DNA of 55,510 nt from a virus. Its lineage: Duplodnaviria > Caudoviricetes. A program made the position numbers and the translations under genes. The notes under the pieces are model-generated. The model was not told where the DNA came from. It made no database searches and worked only from the letters and a program-made list of their open reading frames with translations. The stretch lies in IMG/VR virus record IMGVR_UViG_3300049005_000023, positions 1 to 55,510 of that record. One strand, given 5' to 3'. Below are positions 27,721 through 37,608 of the stretch, one piece after another (the first letter of the stretch is position 1; each line of letters opens with the position of its first letter).

Positions 27721-28179
27721 CTACTCCACCGTGACGTACACCGCGAAGGTGTGCGACACAGTGAAGACCTGGTTCGGTGGCTGACCCTCTTGCAGTGGCG
27801 CTCCGGGGGTGCCGTCCACGATTCTGTCAGAAATCCGTAGTTCGTCGGGGTCAGGGGCTTGTACCACGAAGACGCCGTCCGCTGTCCGTCCGACGATCCA
27901 CTCCAGCACCTCGGCACCGGCCGCCTCCGCTATGGCGTAGTCCCGGGCCACAGAATCGACCTGGTAGCTGTAGGTCGCGTCTCCGCTGGACTGCCCGAGC
28001 GCAGGGCCGGACACGCTTCCGCCCGGGATCGAGTAGAGCACCCGGTACGGAAACTGCAACGGCTGTCCTGCTGGTGCCTGCGGCTTGCCGAGCCCACAGA
28101 CCTGACCGACCGGAACCTTGCCGTCCAGCAGGGCCTTCAGCCAGGCGGTCACGGCAGCGCGGTTCGGCGTTTCGCTCAC
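27721..28179 (-). CDS. Tail terminator / completion protein
   Basis: PY.VLYSI.GG..SGP, YQV.SV; position. Confidence 0.72.
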   Translation of the reverse strand: MSETPNRAAVTAWLKALLDGKVPVGQVCGLGKPQAPAGQPLQFPYRVLYSIPGGSVSGPALGQSSGDATYSYQVDSVARDYAIAEAAGAEVLEWIVGRTADGVFVVQAPDPDELRISDRIVDGTPGAPLQEGQPPNQVFTVSHTFAVYVTVE

Positions 28180-28586
28180 ACGAACCACTTCCCGACCAAG
28201 TCGTTGACCGCAGCCTCGAACTCTGGCGCGGTGGCGTCGAAGGCCGGGCGCGCGTGCGGAAACGGCGGCTGGTTGTAGTGCCGGCCGAGAGAGTCGACGC
28301 CGTGAAAGCCAAACTCCAGACGGCGTCCCTGCGGCGCGCTGGTGCCGACGATAGAGGTGGGGCTCGTCGCGCCGCCTTTGAACTCCTGCACCCAGCTGCG
28401 CCGGTAGTCGCCGGTCACTGCGCGCGGCCCGGGACGGCCAGAGGCATTCGCCATGACCCGCGTCCGCAGCAGTTGCCCGAAGTGCCGGACTTTGTTCGGT
28501 AGTTCAGCAGAGACCTCCGCGGCGGCTGCACGCAGGCTGCCGCTGACAGCGTCGGCGCCGATGAGTACGTAGCTCACCTCAGTCAC
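28176..28586 (-). CDS. HK97 gp10-like neck protein
   Basis: ASGRPGP...TG.YRRSW, RLEFGF, PFPH.RPA. Confidence 0.85.
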   Translation of the reverse strand: MTEVSYVLIGADAVSGSLRAAAAEVSAELPNKVRHFGQLLRTRVMANASGRPGPRAVTGDYRRSWVQEFKGGATSPTSIVGTSAPQGRRLEFGFHGVDSLGRHYNQPPFPHARPAFDATAPEFEAAVNDLVGKWFV

Positions 28587-29020
28587 AGGTCCACCGCCTT
28601 CCGCCGCTCGGCCATCACGGTGTACTGCACCGCGAACGTCTTCAAGGCTGATTCCCGGATCAGGTACTGCGCTCCCACCATCTGCGTCATCCGCAGCGAA
28701 TCAGTACAGACGATCAGGCAGCCCTCTGGAAACCCGGCATCCGGAACATCGCCGATAGGGAAGTCGATCTTGGTCCCGACGACCAACAGCGCCAGCCCAC
28801 CCTCGGCCGGTCCTAGCCCGCCCCCCCGCGCTGACCGGCTGACGATGTCCCGGAACTTCGCGGCACCGTCGTACAGCAGATTCGTCGACGGCAGAAGCTC
28901 CAGACCGCCCGAGGCTGTGTCGTACGGCAACAGATCCACCGAAGCCGGGGTGTACACCCGCGCGGACTCGGTCATGAAGGACTCGACCTTGCGGCGAGCA
29001 TTCTCAAGGTTAAGCACCAT
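28583..29020 (-). CDS. Head-tail joining (stopper) protein, DUF6093-like
   Basis: Position and size; LYDG motif. Confidence 0.65.
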   Translation of the reverse strand: MVLNLENARRKVESFMTESARVYTPASVDLLPYDTASGGLELLPSTNLLYDGAAKFRDIVSRSARGGGLGPAEGGLALLVVGTKIDFPIGDVPDAGFPEGCLIVCTDSLRMTQMVGAQYLIRESALKTFAVQYTVMAERRKAVDL

Positions 29021-29387
29021 TGGCCCACCCCTTCAGCACTGTCAGCGCGGCCTCGGAGAAACTGTCAACTTCGCCGAACTCGAGCAAGCTCAGCACAGCC
29101 TTGTTCAGCTCGTCGGCGTCGATGTTGCCGAGGAACTCCTGCACGGCGAGCAGCGGGTCGGCAGGAATCTCTTTGGTAACGAAGACGACCCCTTCGAACT
29201 GCAGATCCTCAACCGGACGGTCCTCGAACTCCAAGAACACCCGCGGCGCGCTGCCGGCCGAACAATCCACCGAGACCCGGGAGGCGTCGGTAATCAGCTG
29301 CTCGTGCTCGCCATCGCCGAGCAGGACGGACGGTGCTTTGTAAGGGCTTCCCCAGGCGATGCGGACCGGCAGCGGCTCGTTGCTCAT
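29010..29387 (-). CDS. Hypothetical protein
   Basis: Acidic ORF in the head block. Confidence 0.6.
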   Translation of the reverse strand: MSNEPLPVRIAWGSPYKAPSVLLGDGEHEQLITDASRVSVDCSAGSAPRVFLEFEDRPVEDLQFEGVVFVTKEIPADPLLAVQEFLGNIDADELNKAVLSLLEFGEVDSFSEAALTVLKGWANGA

Positions 29388-29394
29388 GGGTACA

Positions 29395-30411
29395 TCATCC
29401 CCGACGCCTGCGCCGCACCGGAACGCGCACATCTCCGCGGCGCGCGGCGCTCAGCGACTCGCCGGCCGGTGCGCGGTTCGCACGGCGGGAAACCGCTTGC
29501 GGAGCCGTGAAGCTGCGCCGACGGTAGCGCCGGGCCTCCTGTGCGCGGGCGCGTTCCTGGTCGGCTGCCGCGTTGTCGGCTACCTGCTCGTCGGTGACGC
29601 TCGAGCTTGCCTGCTCGGCGTGCGCCTTGGTCTTGACGTCCGGCCGGGCACCCCAGCTCCTGCGGCAGTTCGGGTGGCTCAGCGGGTATTGCAAGGCGGT
29701 GTCCTTGTCGAAGATCCGCCCCAGCGCCTTGTTCGGGTCGTTGTGACTGCTCAGCCCGCAGCCGGACCCGTCGAAGCATTCCCAGAACGTCACGCCGAGC
29801 GCTTCCTGCGCTTCGAGGCTGCCGAGGTTGTACGCCGTACCGGTGCGGGTCCGGACCAGCATTTCGGCGTATTCCTTCAGCCCGTGCCTCGAGCCATCGG
29901 CGTACGTCAGAGCGTGAATGCCGCGCTGCTCCAGGATCTTCGCCATCCGGCGGCCGGCGTCGACCGCAGTCCGGCCCTGCGTCAGCTTGGCCAGAATTTC
30001 ATCCCGCCCAATCGCGCGGATGAGTGCTTTCGTCGTACGCCGGACGTGCCGCGTCGCCTTCAGTAGGTCGTCGAGAGTATCGGTAGCCATCTGCGAGATC
30101 GCGTCGTGCGGCAGCAGGTTCCACACCGCGGCGGCAGGCTGCGACAGCTCCACCGCGCCGGCCGCGGCCCCCATTGCGTATGGCCGGACGAGTTGCGTCT
30201 GCACCCATTCTCGCGTCGACGCATCTATCTCTGCCATTTTGCCTTCAATCGCGCGTTGCAGCTCTAGCAGTCGCTTCTTCTGCCGCCACTTCAACGGGTC
30301 GGCTGCAATCTGGCGCTGCGCTTCGAGGATCTGCTCCCAGGCGTCGGCATACACCTTCAGCAACGGGTCTTCGATCGCTGCAATGGCGGACTTCGGTTGC
30401 TGGGTGGGCAT
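29395..30411 (-). CDS. Minor capsid / head morphogenesis protein (MuF-like)
   Basis: Y.DG..H.L..YAEML.RT, C.DG..CG...H, SHPNCRR. Confidence 0.82.
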   Translation of the reverse strand: MPTQQPKSAIAAIEDPLLKVYADAWEQILEAQRQIAADPLKWRQKKRLLELQRAIEGKMAEIDASTREWVQTQLVRPYAMGAAAGAVELSQPAAAVWNLLPHDAISQMATDTLDDLLKATRHVRRTTKALIRAIGRDEILAKLTQGRTAVDAGRRMAKILEQRGIHALTYADGSRHGLKEYAEMLVRTRTGTAYNLGSLEAQEALGVTFWECFDGSGCGLSSHNDPNKALGRIFDKDTALQYPLSHPNCRRSWGARPDVKTKAHAEQASSSVTDEQVADNAAADQERARAQEARRYRRRSFTAPQAVSRRANRAPAGESLSAARRGDVRVPVRRRRRG

Positions 30412-30851
30412 CAGCGCCCGTACCCATCCCCGTAGTACGGGTAGAAGGGGTAGCGCTCGACATCGGAGGCGAAGACGCGCTGCCGGTCTCCGCGCGGGTA
30501 GACGCGGTTGCGGCGCCACCGGTCGTCGGCAGGCTCGACACCGACCACCGTCGACAGGCCGGCCACCCCGGCTTCCTGCTCGGCACGAGCCAGCATCTTC
30601 TCGAGAAACGCAACGTTGGCCGAAGCGTCCTGGGAGTACTCACCGACAACGGTGAAGTTCAGCGGGTTCTCAGCGGCGTCAGCGATATCGGCCAGACGCT
30701 GCCGGAGTACCTCGACCACAACCAGTTTGACGTCGTGGAGACGGTCGAACCGGGTCTCCAGGTCGTCCACAACCGCCGGGTTGGTGTCCTCGTTGACGGT
30801 GGAACCGAGCTTGGTCCGCAAATACGCGAGCTCGTCATCGCTGAACGCCAT
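30411..30851 (-). CDS. Head-tail adaptor
   Basis: Position after the capsid; size. Confidence 0.6.
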   Translation of the reverse strand: MAFSDDELAYLRTKLGSTVNEDTNPAVVDDLETRFDRLHDVKLVVVEVLRQRLADIADAAENPLNFTVVGEYSQDASANVAFLEKMLARAEQEAGVAGLSTVVGVEPADDRWRRNRVYPRGDRQRVFASDVERYPFYPYYGDGYGR

Positions 30852-30937
30852 GCCGACCGCCTCCAGTCAGTTGCAGGGGAGCCCGGGCCTGGGAGGAAAG
30901 TAGGCCCGGGCACCCGTCTGCGGGTGATCCTCGGCAC

Positions 30938-31156
30938 TCAGTCCTTGGCCGGCGTCGAGTTGATCGTGGTTTCGCCCTCGCCACCCGGCACAAACGGACC
31001 CGGGGTCATCGGGAGCTTGTGCGTCTCGAGCACAGTCGGGTACTGCGCATTCGGCACCCAGCCGTCACTGCCCGACGGACGCGAGCCTTGCGCCTTGGCG
31101 CCCTTCAGCTTCGGAACGTTGGTCGCGCCCTTGCCGCCGCGGCCCGGGCCAGCCAT
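30938..31156 (-). CDS. Hypothetical protein
   Basis: TGATG-coupled to the upstream gene. Confidence 0.5.
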   Translation of the reverse strand: MAGPGRGGKGATNVPKLKGAKAQGSRPSGSDGWVPNAQYPTVLETHKLPMTPGPFVPGGEGETTINSTPAKD

Positions 31157-31524
31157 CAGCCCTGTCCCTGCTGCTCAGCTGCCGCCTGCGCCTCGGCCTG
31201 CCGCTGCGCCTCCGCGTCGGCCGCAGCCTTGACCGCCGCGTCGGAGTCGGCCTGCGCCTTGGCCGCCGCACGCTGCGCGGCCTTCCGGTCGCGGTCCGCC
31301 TTCTTGCGGGCCTCGGCCTTCTCCTCTTCGGTCATACCGGCACCGGCCGTCTGACCAGGACCGGCGACCGGCAGCGCTTCGGCGTCGGACAACTGCTCCT
31401 CGAAGTGCTCCGGGCGCGCCAGCTCGGCGGCCCAGTCCGGCAGATCGTCGCCCGGACCGAAGGTCTGGGACTCGCCGGCCTCGCGGTTGTGGAAGGTAAC
31501 GTATCCGGCCAACTTGTCGGCCAT
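31156..31524 (-). CDS. Hypothetical protein after capsid (FGPGD.LP.WA motif)
   Basis: GAGGAG RBS. Confidence 0.7.
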   Translation of the reverse strand: MADKLAGYVTFHNREAGESQTFGPGDDLPDWAAELARPEHFEEQLSDAEALPVAGPGQTAGAGMTEEEKAEARKKADRDRKAAQRAAAKAQADSDAAVKAAADAEAQRQAEAQAAAEQQGQG

Positions 31525-31594
31525 GTCAGTCTCCTCGGAATCGTGTCGTCGTACCAAAACCGGTACCCGCATCCCTGCGAGTACCGGTCTCAGA

Positions 31595-32647
31595 TCACTG
31601 AACCGTCGCGGTGAGGGTCAGGTCCGGGTTGGCCAGAACCGGGAAGCCGACGGCGGTCGCGAGCGTCCACGTGGCGACCGGGTCCATCTCCTTCATCGGA
31701 ACCGCGACCATGCCGGGAGCCTGGTCCTGCTGGATCAGCCCAGCCTCGGCCAGTTCCAGCGCCTCGGCCGTGGTACCGAACAGCGTCGCACCGAGGGGCT
31801 CGGTGGTCGGCGGCATCAGGATTACCTTGTTCGCCGCGATTGGCCGAGTCTGGGTGCCATCCACCCGGACCACGGTGTCGTACGCCACGAACGGCGGCAG
31901 GCCGTACGCCTGGAAGACGGCGTTGACCATATCGACGGTGACGATGCCCGGCGTACCTGCCGGCCCCGCCGCGAGCGCCCGGATCTCCGCGTTCCGCATC
32001 AAGTTGCTGATGACGGCGGTGGAGGTGAGGGCGTACGCCGGCTGGATACCGTTGGTGTCGATGTAGGTCTGCATCCACGTCCGCATGTCCGAGACCGGAG
32101 TCGCGGAGGCAATCGTGGACCACACGGTGCCTGCGGTAACGGTGTGCCCAGCCTTGCGGCCGAAGTCGATCGTCGCAGGCGCCACGCCGTTTTCGTTGAT
32201 CGTGACGGTTGCCTTCTCCAGCACCTCTCCGCGGAAGAGCTCGAACCGGGCCGCCACCGACCGCGCCATGTTGGCCGCGTCGTTGAAGATGGCATCGATC
32301 AGCTCGGTGTTGGTCTGCGGTGACAGGCCTCGCATCAGGCCGCGGTTGCGCAGCCGCTCTTCCTCCCCCAGCCGGACCTTCTGGCTGACGGGCAGCAACT
32401 CGCCCATGATCCGCTCAACGCCCTGACGTCCGGTAATCGGCGCCTCGGCGTCCCACGAGCGGACCTTGGCCGCGTTCTGGTCGCGGAAGGATCCACGCAC
32501 GATCCGGAACGTGATCTCGCCGTCCGGCGTGGTGTCGTTCGGGAGGTAGTTGGATAGCACGAACTGGTTTCGATCGGCTTCCATCTGAGCAGAACGGGTG
32601 TACCCCAGCAGCTCCTGCGGGTTCACCAGATCGGTGAGCATCACCAT
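31595..32647 (-). CDS. Major capsid protein (lambda gpE-like)
   Basis: 350 aa; A..RSWDAE.P, R.E..R.EVL, IDFG, D+..W, G.T.FG.TAE, P.L.NP. Confidence 0.9.
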   Translation of the reverse strand: MVMLTDLVNPQELLGYTRSAQMEADRNQFVLSNYLPNDTTPDGEITFRIVRGSFRDQNAAKVRSWDAEAPITGRQGVERIMGELLPVSQKVRLGEEERLRNRGLMRGLSPQTNTELIDAIFNDAANMARSVAARFELFRGEVLEKATVTINENGVAPATIDFGRKAGHTVTAGTVWSTIASATPVSDMRTWMQTYIDTNGIQPAYALTSTAVISNLMRNAEIRALAAGPAGTPGIVTVDMVNAVFQAYGLPPFVAYDTVVRVDGTQTRPIAANKVILMPPTTEPLGATLFGTTAEALELAEAGLIQQDQAPGMVAVPMKEMDPVATWTLATAVGFPVLANPDLTLTATVQ

Positions 32648-32666
32648 GAGAACTCAAACCCCTCTG

Positions 32667-33068
32667 TTACACGTACCGGAAGAGTCCGAGGGTGGTACCC
32701 GCGGCCGGAAGGGTGGAGGTGCGGCCGGTGTAGGTCGGCACCTTGGACACGATGATCTCGCCGTTCCACATGGCAGCGACCGCGGTGTTCGCAGCCGCCT
32801 GTGTCGCGCCTGCGGTGAGATCGACGGTGTGGAGCAGGTAGCCGTCGATCACGTCGGTCGAGATCGCCGGCTTGAAGCGTCCGGTACCGGACACGCGGTT
32901 CAGCGGTACACCGCTCGGCACGGTGCCCGCGGCGAACTCGGTGACGGCGATGCACGCCGCGGCATCCAACGTCACCGAATCGGCGTTGTCGGTACCTTCC
33001 TTCGACGCGAGCCACGACTGGTCTTCTGCACCGAACGTGAGCTTGCGGATTCCGAGGTTCATGCCCAT
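32667..33068 (-). CDS. Head decoration protein
   Basis: EDQSWL, VPSGVPL, GYL; lies between scaffold and capsid. Confidence 0.8.
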   Translation of the reverse strand: MGMNLGIRKLTFGAEDQSWLASKEGTDNADSVTLDAAACIAVTEFAAGTVPSGVPLNRVSGTGRFKPAISTDVIDGYLLHTVDLTAGATQAAANTAVAAMWNGEIIVSKVPTYTGRTSTLPAAGTTLGLFRYV

Positions 33069-33096
33069 TCCGGACACCCTCCTTCAGTGGGACTGA

Positions 33097-33837
33097 TCAG
33101 GCCTTCTCTTTCAGCAGAGGGTTGCGCGCCGTCCGCTTTGCCAGCTGCTCCTCGAAGCGTTTGGCTCCGGCGGCGTACAGATCCTCTCCACTCTTTGGCT
33201 TCGGCGGGCGTCCGGCCGGGTCGCTGCTGGGCAGCTTGCCGGTCTTCTTGCCGTCGTCGCTTTCTGGGGTCTTGCCGGCGAAGATTTCCGGGAACTCCTT
33301 CTTGGCGTCCTGGACATCGGCCAGGACATCCTCGTAGGTAGCACCCGTCTCCACCGTGATCATCTTCCGCACCCGGGCCAGCTTCTTGTCGTCACCGGCA
33401 AACCCTTCGGCCGCCAGCGCGCGTTCGATGCGTGCCTCCAGCACCTCGACTGCCGCCTCACGCTTGGCTGCTTCCGCTGCCGCGCGCTCCTTAGCTGCCG
33501 TCTGGCGCTCTTTTTCGGCTTCGGACTTGGTCGCGTCCTCAGCTTCGCGTTGCTTCTTGACGATCTCCGCGGCTTCCGCAGGCGTGCAACCGAGTAGGTC
33601 GGCGATCGCCTTTTCGGCTGCCGCCTTGCCCTCGGCCTTCTGCTTGGCCGCAATCTTGTTCAGCTCCGCCTGCGTGAAAGTCTTTCCCGCAGGTTTGCCG
33701 CTGTCGTCGTCCGGTACCGGATCGGGCTCCGGCGTCGGCTCGGGAGCCGGTGCGGAGAACTTCCCGGACAGCGCCGCACGCCCCAGCACGTAGGTGCCGG
33801 GCCGCCTGCTCCGTCGTACGGATTCGGGCAGCGTCAT
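33097..33837 (-). CDS. Capsid scaffolding protein
   Basis: KTFTQAELN, charged coiled coil, P.+F; position. Confidence 0.85.
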   Translation of the reverse strand: MTLPESVRRSRRPGTYVLGRAALSGKFSAPAPEPTPEPDPVPDDDSGKPAGKTFTQAELNKIAAKQKAEGKAAAEKAIADLLGCTPAEAAEIVKKQREAEDATKSEAEKERQTAAKERAAAEAAKREAAVEVLEARIERALAAEGFAGDDKKLARVRKMITVETGATYEDVLADVQDAKKEFPEIFAGKTPESDDGKKTGKLPSSDPAGRPPKPKSGEDLYAAGAKRFEEQLAKRTARNPLLKEKA

Positions 33838-33961
33838 GTTTCCTCCCAGATACCTCGTCCTGCGTCGAACGGTGCAGGTCCCGCATCAGTCCCGGATGCC
33901 CCGGGTGGTTTGACAGACAGTTTGCCACGTCCGCGCCAGATGTTGGGCGCGGACGCAGAGA

Positions 33962-33992
33962 AGCCCCGGACCGTGGGGGACAGTCCGGGGCT
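33962..33992 (-). terminator. GC-rich hairpin downstream of portal
   Basis: AGCCCCGGAC/GTCCGGGGCT 10-bp stem. Confidence 0.6.
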
Positions 33993-34029
33993 CAGGGGGA
34001 ACTCTGCAATCGCGCCTTGTTGGCGTTGA

Positions 34030-34060
34030 AACTGTAACCCGTCTATAGACTAAGACGCAA
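34030..34060 (-). promoter_or_regulatory. Promoter TTGCGT-N18-TACAGT with operator-like GTCTATAG-acggg-TTACAGTT
   Basis: Shares 17 bp ACTGTAACCCGTCTATA with the promoter at 46415. Confidence 0.7.
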
Positions 34061-35999
34061 CAGGCTGCGGTGGTTGAGTTCCATTCGGGGCGGGAGGCTG
34101 CGGCTGATTCGGGTCTGCTGGTGGGATCGGCAGGTTCCCCGGGTGCACGATGATCGGCGCCGGCGGAGGCTCGGGTGCGGGCGGAGGCTCTGGCATCCCG
34201 AGGAAGTCCGCGACCGCGTCCTTGTCTCCCGTGGCATCAAGCAGCTGGTTCGCCGCCTCAAAATCGCGCTGCTGGATCCGCTCGATTTCCTCTAGCACCG
34301 ATTCGATCGGCATCCCGGCGTTCATCAGCATCCGGATCGCCGTTTCGATGCTGACCGCCTTGGCGGCGTACAGCGCAGTGACCTGCGTGACAGCCGCCTG
34401 CTGGTCCTGCGGCAGGAAACTGCCCATGCCCACCTCGGTGTGGATCCACTCCTTCGGCACCTCACCGACGTCTTCGCCAGCGGACTGTGCGGCGAGGAAC
34501 ATGCGATGCGCGAACTTGAGCATCAGCGGGTACTTCTCGGCGCGAACCAGCCGCATCCCGCGAATCAGGGCATCCGTCGGGCCGAATCCGAGCTGAAGCG
34601 CAACGCCGGACGGAACTTCGCTCGGCTTGATCCGGCCCAGCAACGCCTCGGACACCCGGCTGTTGGTGGACAGTCGCTTCAGCAAGAACTCGATGTACCC
34701 CATCAGCGCGTCCAGCGCCTTAGAGGTATCCAGCACGTCCATCTTGCCTTCGCCGGTCTCCAGAATCTCGCCCGGTCGGTAGGTGAGCATGGACCGGCCC
34801 TTCTGGTCCCGGGCGACGGATGCGCCTTGCAGAGCCAGAATGGGATGCCCGGTGGTTGCGCTAGCGGCCGACAGGTCGGTGTCGGCCGAGCTCAAGTCGT
34901 CCAGGATCTGCAGCACGGTGGCGACCAGGCTGCGGCCGTAGTGGTTCAGCAGCGACACGGTGTTCGGAACGTGAACGACAGGGATGAAGTCGATGTGCAG
35001 ATCCTGGCGCTTGACCGGCTGGCCCTCCTCGTCCAGCTCGTAGATCGCCGTACCCTCGGTCAGGTCGTCGATCGAGCGGTTGCTCTTGTCGACCAGCCAC
35101 GTTGCATCGGTGTAGTAGCAGGTTTTCGTGGACGGGTTGTCGTTCCAGGGGTACAGCCGCTGGATCCGTCCGACCGCGTCCCTACTGTCGCCGGAGAACA
35201 GCTGATCGCCAGCGCCAAGCAACCGCCGCGGCGTCCCGGCACGCTCGGCCGGCTCGATGTCGCCGAGCTCCCAGGTGATCCGGCGAATCCGGCACCGGGT
35301 GCCCAGCGGTTCGTTCGGGTCTTCAGGAACCTCCCAGGCGATGTGCACCCGCTCGGGGTAGTCGTCCTCGTTGGTGTCGGTCAGTACCGGAAAGTAGAAC
35401 GCCGGATCCCAGACACGTAGCCGTGGACGCTTCTTGTCCGCCGACCAGCCGAGCGAGTAGACCCCGTCGCCGAGCCCGACAGACAGCCGTTCGGTCTCGA
35501 TCATTTTCAGCCCGAGGCGCTCATCGGTGGCCCACTGCCGCAGGAAGTCCTGCAGATCCATCGCGGCCTGAGCCTCGCGCCGTCGGGCTTCTTCGTCGGG
35601 GTCCGGCTGTGGTGCCGGTTCTGGGTTTCCGCTGAGATCTGTCTCTGGCGATTCCGGCGGCTCCTCGAGCGCGAGCTCCTCCGCGCCTTCAGTGACGATC
35701 TGCTGGTTCTCGCCGAGCAGCGCGTTGACAACGGTTTCCACCAGCAACGCGGCGTCGCCGTACTCGCGCCGGTCGTTGATCTCCAGCCGGTTACCTGCGA
35801 AGAACTCCCGCCCTGCGTTGTCCTGGTAGGCGCGCAAGATCGCGTACGCCTGCAACCTGCGGAAGTGCTCAGGCCCGGCCCAGTCGGGCGGGCGGAAACC
35901 CACGCCTTCGCCGATCTGCATCCGATTGCCGAAATGGCGCTTGAAGGAGATCGGAGTCCAGGCATCAAAGACGATTTCGCGCGGGTCAGCAGTGTTCAC
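34050..35999 (-). CDS. Portal protein
   Basis: Follows TerL; GDGV, WDP..YFP, IPVVHVPN...HYGRS, PSG.AL...F. Confidence 0.88.
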   Translation of the reverse strand: MNTADPREIVFDAWTPISFKRHFGNRMQIGEGVGFRPPDWAGPEHFRRLQAYAILRAYQDNAGREFFAGNRLEINDRREYGDAALLVETVVNALLGENQQIVTEGAEELALEEPPESPETDLSGNPEPAPQPDPDEEARRREAQAAMDLQDFLRQWATDERLGLKMIETERLSVGLGDGVYSLGWSADKKRPRLRVWDPAFYFPVLTDTNEDDYPERVHIAWEVPEDPNEPLGTRCRIRRITWELGDIEPAERAGTPRRLLGAGDQLFSGDSRDAVGRIQRLYPWNDNPSTKTCYYTDATWLVDKSNRSIDDLTEGTAIYELDEEGQPVKRQDLHIDFIPVVHVPNTVSLLNHYGRSLVATVLQILDDLSSADTDLSAASATTGHPILALQGASVARDQKGRSMLTYRPGEILETGEGKMDVLDTSKALDALMGYIEFLLKRLSTNSRVSEALLGRIKPSEVPSGVALQLGFGPTDALIRGMRLVRAEKYPLMLKFAHRMFLAAQSAGEDVGEVPKEWIHTEVGMGSFLPQDQQAAVTQVTALYAAKAVSIETAIRMLMNAGMPIESVLEEIERIQQRDFEAANQLLDATGDKDAVADFLGMPEPPPAPEPPPAPIIVHPGNLPIPPADPNQPQPPAPNGTQPPQPVAS

Positions 36000-36050
36000 G
36001 TGTGCGCCTCCCAACGCTCGGATGTTGCCCTGATGGTATCGGCGAATCGA

Positions 36051-37544
36051 TCACCGTCGGCCCGCCAACCTCTCGTCGTTGTAGCCGCCACCTTCGCCGG
36101 TCCGCGGCTGGAGCAGCAGATAGGTGCCGGCCCACACGACCGCATCCAGCAAGTTCGGCGAAACCTCGCCCGGCGCACCGGTGAACGTGGTGGCCTCCTC
36201 CTCGAACTGCTCGTGCGTCGTGCCAACCAACCGGATCCGGTACGGCAGCCCGGCCTCGGCCAGGTCCTCGTCGTACGCGAACAGGCCGGCCACCGGGCGC
36301 GCCCGGGTGATCTTGCCCTCCGACGCCCAGACGGTCTTGACAATCGCGTACCTGTCCTTGTTCTGAATCAGCGTCTTGACCCACTTGCCGCCGTGGTTCT
36401 TTTCGACCACGATCGCATCGCAGCTCTTCTCCGCAGCCAGCTGGACGGTCTTCTTCGCCATCATGTTCGGGTCGGCGCGCCAGCCGTCTGTGAACTCCAC
36501 GTATCCGACGCCGTCCATGCCGAGGCTTACCACCGCTACGCCGTACGCGTCACCTTTGCCGTCCTCGTTGCCGTCCGACGGGTCGACCGCGAGTACCCGG
36601 GCCTGGACCACGACGTTGAGCTTGAACCATTCCGGTGTGACCCGGCCGCCATCCAGGTCGGACTGCTGCCACAGCGCCCCCTCCACGGAGTCGATAGCGT
36701 CCCAATCGCCGTGCTCCATCGCCAGCGCCAGTGCTTTGTTGGTGTTGCGCAGCGCCCGGATCCGGTTGCGGTACGACGGGTCCCGCGCCTCCAGGATCGG
36801 GTTGTCCGCCAGCGTGGCCGGCACGAACACCCGGCTGTTCGGCTCGGGGTGCTCGTTGGACGGCTTCGGCGTCCACACCTCGAACGGGATCGGCGGTTGG
36901 CTGCCGGTGTAGTCGTCTGGTTTCGGCTTGACCCACCGGCGCTTCACCCATTTGTGCCCCCGCCCACCGGGGTTGCAGGTCGCGATCAAGTGGGAGCGGA
37001 TCCCTGGCCCGGGCGGGCGGAGCCGGACGATCATCCGGTCCACCTGTTCTTCCTCAAACTCGGTGATCTCCTCGAAGGCGATAACTCCGTACTCGGTGCC
37101 CTGGTAGTCCTCAACGCTCTTCAGGTCCGGCAGCGAGGCCATGTCCAGCACCGACCCGTTCGGAAATGCCCAGGTGTGCTTGACCTCGTTGTACCGTCCG
37201 CCGTGCCGCATGTACATCTGCTTGGACCGCGGGATCAGGGTCCGTTCGAGCGACGGGTGCACTCGCCGGAAGATAACGCCGCGGTTCATCGGGAAACCGA
37301 GCATCTGGTCGAGCACATAGTGCAGAAGCCACTCGGACTTGCCGCCGCCGGCCGCGCCGCCGTACAGCGTCTCAACTGCCCGAGTTGCCAGCTCGGTGGC
37401 CAACTGCTGCTTAGGCTGCGGCAGCCACTCCTCGTCCTCATGCTGCCGCACCCGGGCTAGCAGCTCGGTAACCTCCCGGCGCTCGTCCTGCGTCATCAGC
37501 TCAATCTCAGCGTCCGACGGGATCCAGAGCGGTTCGGTAGTCAT
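36051..37544 (-). CDS. terL: Terminase large subunit
   Basis: LYGGAAGGGKS Walker A, FEEITEF Walker B, ATCNPGG, AVDPS nuclease Asp, SPN.LDA.VW. Confidence 0.95.
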   Translation of the reverse strand: MTTEPLWIPSDAEIELMTQDERREVTELLARVRQHEDEEWLPQPKQQLATELATRAVETLYGGAAGGGKSEWLLHYVLDQMLGFPMNRGVIFRRVHPSLERTLIPRSKQMYMRHGGRYNEVKHTWAFPNGSVLDMASLPDLKSVEDYQGTEYGVIAFEEITEFEEEQVDRMIVRLRPPGPGIRSHLIATCNPGGRGHKWVKRRWVKPKPDDYTGSQPPIPFEVWTPKPSNEHPEPNSRVFVPATLADNPILEARDPSYRNRIRALRNTNKALALAMEHGDWDAIDSVEGALWQQSDLDGGRVTPEWFKLNVVVQARVLAVDPSDGNEDGKGDAYGVAVVSLGMDGVGYVEFTDGWRADPNMMAKKTVQLAAEKSCDAIVVEKNHGGKWVKTLIQNKDRYAIVKTVWASEGKITRARPVAGLFAYDEDLAEAGLPYRIRLVGTTHEQFEEEATTFTGAPGEVSPNLLDAVVWAGTYLLLQPRTGEGGGYNDERLAGRR

Positions 37545-37557
37545 AGAGAAATGATAG

Positions 37558-37584
37558 AGCCCGCCAGCACGAGACTGGCGGGCT
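37558..37584 (-). terminator. Hairpin separating accessory genes from terL, followed by TATCAT -10
   Basis: AGCCCGCCAG/CTGGCGGGCT 10-bp stem. Confidence 0.65.
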
Positions 37585-37608
37585 TCCACCCTTGCACCCG
37601 AGAGGAGT

